From: Candidatus Multivoradales bacterium
GTDB taxonomy: Bacteria; Acidobacteriota; Thermoanaerobaculia; Multivoradales; Multivoraceae
DNA length: 64,000 nucleotides
Direction of reading: 5' to 3'
NCBI GenBank assembly: GCA_965223325.1
Contig: CBDCWI010000001.1
Location: forward strand, 672,001 to 736,000
Shown here in pieces: positions 9,932 to 18,009 of this stretch. The notes below the pieces were generated by a model that worked only from the letters and a program-made list of their open reading frames with translations, did no database searches and was not told where the DNA came from. Positions within the stretch are counted from its first letter, which is position 1, and the number at the start of each line of letters is the position of its first letter. A program made the translations under genes and the position numbers.

Positions 9932-10417
9932 TCACGCGTCGTTGCGGCCGCGCCGCCATTCACTTTCCCAGACGTCGACCTGCTGGCGGAGCCAGGCGCG
10001 GATCTCATCACGCGCGGCGACGAACGCCTGGCGGCGTGCGCGTTCGTCGCCCTCTGCATTCGAGGGATCACGGAACGCGTGGTGCAGATTCCGCACGCGC
10101 GCCGGCAGGTACGGGCACGCCTCGCGTGCGTCGTCACACACGGTGACCACGATGTCCGCAATGGGCTCCCCGCCACCCCGCTGCGCAACCAGTTCGGCGA
10201 TGGTCTTCGAAGTCTGGGTGGAGGTATCGATCCCGAGTTCCTCGAGAACCGCGGCGGCAAGTGGTTTGACTCGCGTCGCTTCGGTGCCGGCCGACAACGC
10301 TTCGAAACGCTCGCCGAAGTCGTGCCGCAAGAGTCCCTCGGCCAACTGCGAGCGGGCGGAGTTGTGGGTGCACAAAAAGAGCACCACAGGAACCTCTCGC
10401 GCCACCTTCCCGGTCAT
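9932..10417 (-). CDS. arsC: Arsenate reductase / low-MW protein tyrosine phosphatase family
   Basis: VLFLCTHNSARSQLAEG P-loop, SAGT, VTVCD...CP, FRDPS. Confidence 0.85.
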   Translation of the reverse strand: MTGKVAREVPVVLFLCTHNSARSQLAEGLLRHDFGERFEALSAGTEATRVKPLAAAVLEELGIDTSTQTSKTIAELVAQRGGGEPIADIVVTVCDDAREACPYLPARVRNLHHAFRDPSNAEGDERARRQAFVAARDEIRAWLRQQVDVWESEWRRGRNDA

Positions 10418-10483
10418 CGGTGGATCGATCATCAGTCGAAACCTACCGCACACACCGAGCGCTCTGTACGGCATGATAGGCCG

Positions 10484-11506
10484 ATGAAGTTCGGGCCCCT
10501 CCCCATCGACCAGGCACTCGGCGCCGTTCTCGGTCACAACGTCTATGGCGACGACGGCCGTCGTCGACTGCGCAAAGGGCGTCGCCTCACCCCTCCCGAC
10601 ATTGAGCTCCTGGCACAAGTCGGCCGGAGCTCGGTGTTCGCCGCCACGCTCGAACCCGGCGATGTGCTCGAAGACGAAGCCGCCTTGCGGGTGTCGCAGG
10701 CGGCCGCCGACCCGACCGATCTCGTGCTCTCCGGGCCGGCCACCGGTCGCGTCAACTTCCGGGCCGAGAAGCTCGGTATTCTGCGGGTCGACGTCGAGCG
10801 CCTGCTCGAGCTGAACGAGATCAACGGCATCACGCTGGCGACGCTCGAGAGCAACCGTGCGGTCCATGCCGGGCGCACCGTCGCAACGACCAAGATCCTC
10901 CCCTACGCCCTTTCTGAAACCGCAGTTGCCGGCGCCGAGGCGCTCCTGGTCGAGGCACCAGTGCTCCGCCTCGAAGCCTTACCCGAACGTCGAGTCGGGC
11001 TTCTGGTCACCGCCTCGAGCGGTAGCCTGGACGCGACCCTCAAAGGCTTTGATGCACCCCTCAGGCGACGGGTCGAGGCACTCGGGTCGAGCATCACCGA
11101 GGCTCGCGCGGTCGAGCTCACCGGCGATGGCGAAGTCGAGCATCTCGAGGCGGCCCTCGGTGAACTCAGCCGAAGGCCAATCGACCTGCTCCTGCTCGCC
11201 GGCGAAACCGCCATCCAGGACCGGCTCGACCTCGCTCCCCGCGCCCTCGAAGCTGCTGGCGGCGAGGTGGCGGTCTTCGGTGCACCGGTCGACCCAGGCA
11301 ACCTCTTGCTGTTGGGACAACTCGGCGGGATCGCTGTTCTCGGTGCCCCGGGCTGCGCGCGCAGCCCCAAGACCAACATCGTCGACCTCTTACTACCGCG
11401 TCTCCTGGCGGGCGATCTGTTGACCCGGCGCGACGTCCTCGAGCTCGCTCATGGCGGTTTGCTCGAAGACGTACCCGAAAGGCCGCTGCCCCGCAGTCGC
11501 GTCTGA
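10484..11506 (+). CDS. Molybdopterin-binding (MoeA-like) protein
   Basis: MKFGP..GAVLGH, EDEAA, TGRVN, PVDPGNLLL and GAPGCARSPK motifs. Confidence 0.8.
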   Translation: MKFGPLPIDQALGAVLGHNVYGDDGRRRLRKGRRLTPPDIELLAQVGRSSVFAATLEPGDVLEDEAALRVSQAAADPTDLVLSGPATGRVNFRAEKLGILRVDVERLLELNEINGITLATLESNRAVHAGRTVATTKILPYALSETAVAGAEALLVEAPVLRLEALPERRVGLLVTASSGSLDATLKGFDAPLRRRVEALGSSITEARAVELTGDGEVEHLEAALGELSRRPIDLLLLAGETAIQDRLDLAPRALEAAGGEVAVFGAPVDPGNLLLLGQLGGIAVLGAPGCARSPKTNIVDLLLPRLLAGDLLTRRDVLELAHGGLLEDVPERPLPRSRV

Positions 11507-11564
11507 GCCGCTCCGGCCTGGTGGCCCACCTCGAGGACGTGCGGCATAGAGCGAGCGCCAGCGG

Positions 11565-12080
11565 TCAGTCTCGAGGCGCCTCACTCACGGCTGCTCGCTG
11601 GTAGATCAAGCGAACCTTCTGGTCGGTGTCGACCAGCTCGAGGCGATCGGCACGTAGCCGATGACCCCGCACCTCCCGCAAGACCCCGACGAACTCGCTC
11701 TCGATCGCCGCCCGATCGGGTTGGCAGGCGCGTCGGGACATGCCGAAGATCTCGAAGTGGAAGGGCTCTGTTTCGCCCTCCTGTGACGCACCACGACCTT
11801 TCATGAAGCGATTGCAGCCGGCGTAGCCACTGATGCCGCCATCTTCGCTGATCGTCATGTCCAACTCGACGGTCTCTGGCGCCGGCTGGCCATCGATCTC
11901 GACCAGCAGCCAGCGCCCCGTCAGGCCCTCGGTTCCACGCATCGCCTTGTCACTCTCCCGGGCTGAAACCGCCTCCTCCGGCTCAGTGCCCAATCGGGCG
12001 TCACCTGCTCCCGGACTCATGCAGCCAACAACACAGAGCGCGAGGACCAGCAGCCCGATCGCGGGCACAGAGACCTTCAT
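11565..12080 (-). CDS. META/HslJ-domain lipoprotein
   Basis: Lipobox VVGC; W.LVEIDG, SGYAGCNRF, MSRRAC. ATGA overlap with the protease stop. Confidence 0.8.
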   Translation of the reverse strand: MKVSVPAIGLLVLALCVVGCMSPGAGDARLGTEPEEAVSARESDKAMRGTEGLTGRWLLVEIDGQPAPETVELDMTISEDGGISGYAGCNRFMKGRGASQEGETEPFHFEIFGMSRRACQPDRAAIESEFVGVLREVRGHRLRADRLELVDTDQKVRLIYQRAAVSEAPRD

Positions 12081-13372
12081 GGAGTCGTGTTCGACCAGAT
12101 ATCCGCGTCGCCGACTTCGAAATCGTCGGCAAAGATGCCGCCCGCAGTGAAGTTGGTCGCGGAGAGTTGGTACTCCCCTCCGCCCTCGAACGGCACGACG
12201 TGGATGTACCACGTCCCCGGGTTGGGACTCGTGAACTCGCAGTACTCGTGGACACCCAGGGCATCGCTCTTGCAGTCGAAGTCCAGCGGTGAAGCCTGGG
12301 AGCCGAACTTGACGTAGAAGTCGAAATCGTTGGCGGCTCCATGAACCCCATTGAGCGCGAAACGCAGCAGGTCGGTTCCGGTCGGAACTTCGTGCGTCCA
12401 ATCGGCTGCGTTCCCGCCACTGAGGGTGCCCGCGCCAATCAGAACCGGCGCAAAGTAGCTGTCCGCAGGGCCAACGTCGCCACAGTGTCGTGCACCGAGG
12501 TTGGCGCCAGCTTTGGTTTGGATCCACGCGCGCTCGACAAAGACATCGGCATCCCATGCCTCGTCTGGAGTTTGGCAACTGGTGTTGATACCTCCTGACG
12601 TCACACCGGCGACCGTGAGCTTGCCGTCGCCGAAAATGCCAAAGAGCGGACCACCCGAATCGCCCTGGCAAGTGTTCGAATCCTGTCCCGGAGCGCCGAT
12701 CGGGCTCTCGAAGGTCCAGCACAGGTGTCGATTCCCTGGAACTTCGGTGCACGGCGCGGTAGTGACCAGACCAGAGTTTTTGTTGCCATTGCTGTTCGCG
12801 CCACCGGTGCGCCCGAAACCAACCACCAGGGCCCGGTTGCCGTCCCCGACCCGGAAGTGCGTGTTGATCGGTGCCGGCTCGACTCCGGTGACCTCCGAGG
12901 ACAGCTCGAGAACTGCCGTGTCGGAACGCTCACCGAAAACATAGTTGGGCGGAACGTGCACTTTGGAGACGCCATGGATTCCGGCATGCTGGAGGAAGAC
13001 ACCGAAACTGTTCGCGGGGACCAGATCCGCGCCGCCGGCCTGGCAGTCGGCTCCCGTCTCGTTGCAGACACAATGGGCTGCGGTCAGCACCGTACGACAG
13101 CCGATGAGCGTTCCGGTACAGAACTGGCGGCCGCTGGTCGAGATCAGGGAAACCGTTTGAGGGAAGAGATTGGTACCAATCCCGTTGATCACCCGCTGTC
13201 CCGAAACCGGATCTCCGGCCGGAACCGTCGCCCGTGGCGATGAGTCCTCGGCAGCCTGTAGGGGGGCACCAGGTGACAAAACGAGACTCGCCAGAATCGC
13301 GACGGCAAGCCTTACCAGAGGGCTGCCGAGCGGTGACGGGGATGTGCGTGCCAGGACGTCGGAGGCGGGCAT
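12077..13372 (-). CDS. Secreted trypsin-like (S1) serine protease with PPC domain
   Basis: Signal peptide; triad LTAAHC / SDTAVL / GDSGGP; PPC-like DFDFYVKFG...GTWYIHV; C-terminal GIFADDFEVGDADIWS. Confidence 0.9.
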   Translation of the reverse strand: MPASDVLARTSPSPLGSPLVRLAVAILASLVLSPGAPLQAAEDSSPRATVPAGDPVSGQRVINGIGTNLFPQTVSLISTSGRQFCTGTLIGCRTVLTAAHCVCNETGADCQAGGADLVPANSFGVFLQHAGIHGVSKVHVPPNYVFGERSDTAVLELSSEVTGVEPAPINTHFRVGDGNRALVVGFGRTGGANSNGNKNSGLVTTAPCTEVPGNRHLCWTFESPIGAPGQDSNTCQGDSGGPLFGIFGDGKLTVAGVTSGGINTSCQTPDEAWDADVFVERAWIQTKAGANLGARHCGDVGPADSYFAPVLIGAGTLSGGNAADWTHEVPTGTDLLRFALNGVHGAANDFDFYVKFGSQASPLDFDCKSDALGVHEYCEFTSPNPGTWYIHVVPFEGGGEYQLSATNFTAGGIFADDFEVGDADIWSNTTP

Positions 13373-13500
13373 GGAAACTCCTCACCGGATAGGAACCTTG
13401 GGGAAGAACCTTCCCAAGGCAGGGCAGAGCCCCGCGGAAGGAACTCCAAATGGTCGGGCAAGAATAGACCAAGGCTAGCATCCCGCATTACCCTCTACCG

Positions 13501-14163
13501 ATGACAGAGCACAACCCCATGGCGAAACCGACCAACGACGGCCGCCTCAAGTCGCCTTCAGCGGCACGCAACCGCGATCCGATCCTCGAAGTGCTACGGA
13601 CCCTCTTCGAAGCCGAAGCACGGGTTCTCGAGATCGGCAGTGGAAGCGGTGAGCACGCGGTCTTCTTTGCCGAAGCCCTGCCGCGGGTGACCTGGATCCC
13701 GAGCGACCCGGACGCGGAAGCGATCCGGAGTGTCGTCACCTGGACGAGCGCTACAGGTGCCACCAACGTCGAGTTGCCCCTGCAGCTCGATGTACGCGAC
13801 CCGACCTGGCCGGTCGAAGAGCTCCGACCGATCGATGCCATCGTCAGCATCAACATGATCCATATCGCCCCCTGGTCGGCGACCCTCGGCTTGCTGAGGG
13901 GCGCTGCGCGAGTCCTGGAAGACGGCGGCCTGCTTTTTCTGTACGGCCCGTTCCGGCGCGGCGGCACACACACGGCCCCTTCCAACGCTCGGTTCGACCA
14001 GTGGCTCAAGGAGCGCGATCCGAGCTACGGCGTGCGCGACCTCGACGACATCTCTCGGGAGGCAGAGGCGGTGGGCCTGGGAATCGAGCGCGAGGTCGAA
14101 ATGCCCGCCAACAATCTCTCGCTCATCCTTCGGCAGAGAAACGCCGACCGGGAGCGCTGCTGA
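13501..14163 (+). CDS. DUF938-family SAM-dependent methyltransferase
   Basis: SAARNRDPIL, VLEIGSGSGEHA, NMIHIAPW, YGPF, SNARFD, MPANNL. Confidence 0.88.
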   Translation: MTEHNPMAKPTNDGRLKSPSAARNRDPILEVLRTLFEAEARVLEIGSGSGEHAVFFAEALPRVTWIPSDPDAEAIRSVVTWTSATGATNVELPLQLDVRDPTWPVEELRPIDAIVSINMIHIAPWSATLGLLRGAARVLEDGGLLFLYGPFRRGGTHTAPSNARFDQWLKERDPSYGVRDLDDISREAEAVGLGIEREVEMPANNLSLILRQRNADRERC

Positions 14164-14235
14164 TGAGGAACAAACAGAAGGCGGTGCCCTTGAGGCACTC
14201 CCTGACGTGGCGCCCAGTGAGTCCATGGAGCACAG

Positions 14236-14785
14236 GTGAGTCCTTGGATCAAGGGAATATCTCTGTTCATCTTGTTGATTGGTTCACCGCTTCTCACCGA
14301 AGAGGCCGCTGTCAGTCAGTCGACCGCCACTACCGAAACGCCCTCACCTGAAAAGGTCGAGTTTCGAGACGACGCGATTCGAGCCAGTCGCGCCCTCCTC
14401 AGCGCCAGAGTCTCCGAGGGCGTGCCCGGCTTCTCGGTCGCCTTCGCTTTAAACGGCGAGGTGGTGTCGAGCGAAGGCCTCGGAGTCGCAGACATTGAAA
14501 GCCAGCGACCGGTGACCACCGAGACGCGCTTTCGAAGCGGCAGCACCTCGAAATCCGTAACCGCTGCCTGCCGGCCGCCTACTCGAACGCGGGCTCATCG
14601 ACCTCGACGCCGACATCGCCTGGTCGTTTGAAGATTCTCCGCACAGGGACCACCCGATCACCTTGCGCCACCTGCTCTCGAACCAGGCTGGGATTCGCCA
14701 CGACAAAGGCATCGAGTCCTTGAGCCGCACACACTTCGGCTCCCTCAAGACGGGTCTCGGCACTTTGACTCCGACGCTGATCTAA
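14236..14785 (+). pseudogene. Frameshifted, truncated beta-lactamase-family serine hydrolase
   Basis: First frame gives a signal peptide, VPGFSVA and FRSGSTSK (SxxK). Near 14568 homology continues in another frame (GRLLERGLIDLDADI...ITLRHLLSNQAGI) and stops at TAA 14785. Confidence 0.8.
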
Positions 14786-16605
14786 CGCCCAGGTGCCTTC
14801 TTCGGCTTCTTCCGTGGTACGTACAGATCGGTGATCGTGCCCTCGAAGCCTTCAGCGCCCAGCGCAACGGTCTCAGAGAGCGTTGGATGAGGGTGAATCG
14901 AGAGGCCGATGTCGCGCGCGTCGGCACCCATCTCGATCGCCAGGACGACCTCCGCAATCAGGTCGCCGGCGTTGGGGCCTACGATACCGGCGCCCAGAAT
15001 GCGTTCATCTCGAGGGTCGAAGAGCAGCTTGGTGATCCCTTCGCCTCTGCCCATTGCCAGTGCACGCCCACTGGCCGCCCAGGGGAAGGTGCCCTTCTCG
15101 TACTCGGCGCCCCTGGCCTTGGCTTCTTCCTCGGTGAGACCGACCCAGGCGACTTCCGGATCGGTGTAGGCAACGCTCGGAATGACGGTGGCGTCGAAGC
15201 CGCTCTTCAGGCCGGCAATCACCTCGGCAGCGACCTTGCCTTCATGGGTCGCCTTGTGCGCCAACATGGGCTCGCCGACGACGTCGCCGATGGCGAAAAT
15301 GTGAGGCACCGCGGTGCGCATCTGGCGATCGACCTCGATGAAGCCGCGCTCGGTGACCGGAAGCCCGGCTGCCTCGGCTCCCACTTGGGTACCGTTCGGT
15401 CGCCTGCCCACCGCCACCAGGACGCGATCGAAGGTGGCGCTCGCGGGGGCGTCCTCGCCTTCGAAGGTGACCTTGATTCCCTTCTTGAGGGCTTTGGCAC
15501 CGGTCACCTTGGTTTCGAGCCAGATATTCTCGAGGGTGGCTTCGAGGCGCTTGGCGAGCGGGCGCACGAGATCCGCGTCGGCGCCCGCCATGATGCGTGG
15601 CAAGAGCTCGACGAGCGACACCCTGGTCCCGAGAGCGGCGTAGACGGTCGCCATCTCGAGGCCGATGATGCCGCCACCGATCACCAGCAGGCTCTTGGGA
15701 ATATCAGAAAGAGCTAGGGCACCGGTCGAGGTCATCACCCGCTCGTCGTCGTGCGGGAGGAAGGGAAGCTCGACTGCACGCGAGCCGACCGCCACGATGG
15801 CGTGGGCAAAAGACCACTCGCTCGTCGACGCGTCGTCTGCGAGGACCTCCAGGCGATGCGGGCTCACAAAGCGCGCGACCCCTGTGATCACACGGACCTT
15901 GCGACGCTTCGCCAGCTGGGCCAGGCCGCCGGTGAGTTTTCCAACCACTCCCTCTTTGAAGCCCCGCAGGCGATCGAGATCGATCTTGGGAGCCCCGAAC
16001 GTCACCCCGTGCTGGGCGGCGGCCTCCGCCTCCTCGATCACCTTGGCAACGTGCAAGAGGGCCTTTGACGGAATACAGCCGACGTTCAGGCACACGCCTC
16101 CCAGGTCGGAATAGCGCTCGACCAGCGCCACCCGGAGACCGAGATCGGCGGCGCGGAAGGCAGCAGTGTAGCCACCCGGGCCGGCACCGATCACCACACA
16201 GTCGAAGTCGTAGTCGGCGTCGGCTGGCGCCTCGTCTAGCGCAGGCTGAGTCAGCGAGGGCACAGCTGGCAAAGGAGCGGCGGGCGCCCCTTCTTCGGCC
16301 GCGGTCACCTCAGAAGCTCCCGATTCAGAAGCCTGCTCGCCGGCAGCTGGAACAAGAGCAGGCTCGAGCACTGCGATCACCGCACCCTCCCCGACCTTGT
16401 CACCGAGCGCCACCCGAATCTCCGTCACGGTGCCAGCCGCCGGAGATGGGATTTCCATCGAGGCCTTGTCGCTTTCGAGCGTCACCAAGGAATCGTCGAT
16501 CGCCACATGGTCGCCCACTGCCACCAGAATCTCGATGACATCGACGTCGTCGAAATCCCCAATGTCAGGAACAGCGACCTCCACAAGACCCGCCATCTGC
16601 GTCAC
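14782..16605 (-). CDS. lpdA: Dihydrolipoamide dehydrogenase (E3) with N-terminal lipoyl domain
   Basis: ESDKASME lipoyl site; GAGPGGY; GGVCLNVGCIPSK; HPHPTLSE. Confidence 0.95.
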   Translation of the reverse strand: MTQMAGLVEVAVPDIGDFDDVDVIEILVAVGDHVAIDDSLVTLESDKASMEIPSPAAGTVTEIRVALGDKVGEGAVIAVLEPALVPAAGEQASESGASEVTAAEEGAPAAPLPAVPSLTQPALDEAPADADYDFDCVVIGAGPGGYTAAFRAADLGLRVALVERYSDLGGVCLNVGCIPSKALLHVAKVIEEAEAAAQHGVTFGAPKIDLDRLRGFKEGVVGKLTGGLAQLAKRRKVRVITGVARFVSPHRLEVLADDASTSEWSFAHAIVAVGSRAVELPFLPHDDERVMTSTGALALSDIPKSLLVIGGGIIGLEMATVYAALGTRVSLVELLPRIMAGADADLVRPLAKRLEATLENIWLETKVTGAKALKKGIKVTFEGEDAPASATFDRVLVAVGRRPNGTQVGAEAAGLPVTERGFIEVDRQMRTAVPHIFAIGDVVGEPMLAHKATHEGKVAAEVIAGLKSGFDATVIPSVAYTDPEVAWVGLTEEEAKARGAEYEKGTFPWAASGRALAMGRGEGITKLLFDPRDERILGAGIVGPNAGDLIAEVVLAIEMGADARDIGLSIHPHPTLSETVALGAEGFEGTITDLYVPRKKPKKAPGR

Positions 16606-16607
16606 CC

Positions 16608-17960
16608 TCAGACCAGCAACCGACGCATGTCACCGAGAACAGACGCCAGGTAGGTGGTGAATCGCACTCCCATGGCTCCGTCGATCACTCGATGGTCATA
16701 AGAGAGACAGAGCGGCAGCATCAAACGAGGCGCAAAGGCGTCGCCCTGCCATACCGGCTTTCGTTCCATGCGCGCTACCCCGAGAATCGCCAGCTCGGGA
16801 GCATTGACGATCGGGGTGAAGCCGGTGCCTCCGATGCCGCCAAGGCTCGAGATCGTGAAGGTCGCGCCCTGAATGTCGTTGGGGCGCAGTTTTCCCTCCC
16901 GCGCCCGCGCACTGACCTCACCCAGCTCGCCGGCCAACTCGAAGAGACCCTTCTGGTCGACGTCACGAATCACCGGCACGACCAGCCCGTTCGGAGTGTC
17001 GACGGCGACCGCGAGGTGGTAGTAGCGCTTGAGAATCAGGCTCTCACCAGAGGGCGCCAGGGACGCGTTGACCTCCGGAAACTTCACGAGCGCCCCCACG
17101 CAGGCCTTGAGCAGAAAGGCAAGCGGCGTGAGCTTGACGCCTGCTGCTGCGGCCTCGGGCTTGAGCTCCTTTCGAAACGCCTCGAGCTCGGTGACGTCGG
17201 CTTCGTCGAACTGGGTGACGTGCGGAACGTTGAGCCAGCTCCGGTGAAGATTGCGCGACGACACCCGACGGATGCGGTGCAGCTCGATCTCCTCGACCGG
17301 CCCGAAGCGCGAGAAGTCGATCGTGGGAACGGCCGGGATGCCGCTGCCCTCTGCAACCGGGTCGGCACCACCGCCAAGGCGCTCCTTGACGTAGCGCCGC
17401 ACGTCGTCGGCGAGGATGCGCTCCTTGCGCCCCGAACCCTTGACCTTCTGCAGGTCGACCCCGAGCTCGCGCGCGAACCGGCGAACCGACGGACTGGCGT
17501 GCACAATCGCCCCGGCACCTGCCGCGCGAACCGAGCTTCCCACGGCGATTTCAGGCGCTGGTGGCGGTGCCTCGTCCTGGTCGAGGTCGGAGTCGGCCTT
17601 GGGACGACGGGTATCGACCGCTCGCACCGGCTCTGCGGCCGGTGTCCCTGCGGGAGGCTCGGCAGCGACTGCGGAAGGGGGGCCTGTCGCCTCCTCGGGC
17701 TCCGCCTCCGAAGCGCCGGCAGCGGCCTCGAGCACGACGATCACTGCCCCCTCGCCGACCTTGTCGCCCACTCTGACGGGCACACTCTTGACGGTACCAG
17801 CGTGCGTCGAGGGCACCTCCATCGAGGCCTTGTCGCTCTCGAGCGTCACCAAGGAGTCGTCGATGGCGACCTGGTCCCCTACCGCCACCAGTACTTCGAT
17901 GACGTCGACCTCGTCGAAGTCACCGATATCCGGCACCTTGATCTCTACTGGTTCGACCAC
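16608..17960 (-). CDS. aceF: Pyruvate dehydrogenase E2, dihydrolipoamide acetyltransferase
   Basis: One lipoyl domain (ESDKASME), E3-binding HASPSVRRFARELGVDL, catalytic SYDHRVIDG. Confidence 0.95.
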   Translation of the reverse strand: MVEPVEIKVPDIGDFDEVDVIEVLVAVGDQVAIDDSLVTLESDKASMEVPSTHAGTVKSVPVRVGDKVGEGAVIVVLEAAAGASEAEPEEATGPPSAVAAEPPAGTPAAEPVRAVDTRRPKADSDLDQDEAPPPAPEIAVGSSVRAAGAGAIVHASPSVRRFARELGVDLQKVKGSGRKERILADDVRRYVKERLGGGADPVAEGSGIPAVPTIDFSRFGPVEEIELHRIRRVSSRNLHRSWLNVPHVTQFDEADVTELEAFRKELKPEAAAAGVKLTPLAFLLKACVGALVKFPEVNASLAPSGESLILKRYYHLAVAVDTPNGLVVPVIRDVDQKGLFELAGELGEVSARAREGKLRPNDIQGATFTISSLGGIGGTGFTPIVNAPELAILGVARMERKPVWQGDAFAPRLMLPLCLSYDHRVIDGAMGVRFTTYLASVLGDMRRLLV

Positions 17961-18009
17961 GCCACTACCCTTCTCTCGTTCCGTTCTCGCTGTTTCTCAT
18001 GGTCGACGT

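Noticed and set aside
9932-10417. Arsenic-resistance island
   Set aside because: A solitary arsC-like gene with no arsR, acr3 or arsB and no mobility genes.
16457-17864. DNA similarity between the 5' ends of lpdA and aceF
   Set aside because: Explained by homologous lipoyl domains; a known architecture.
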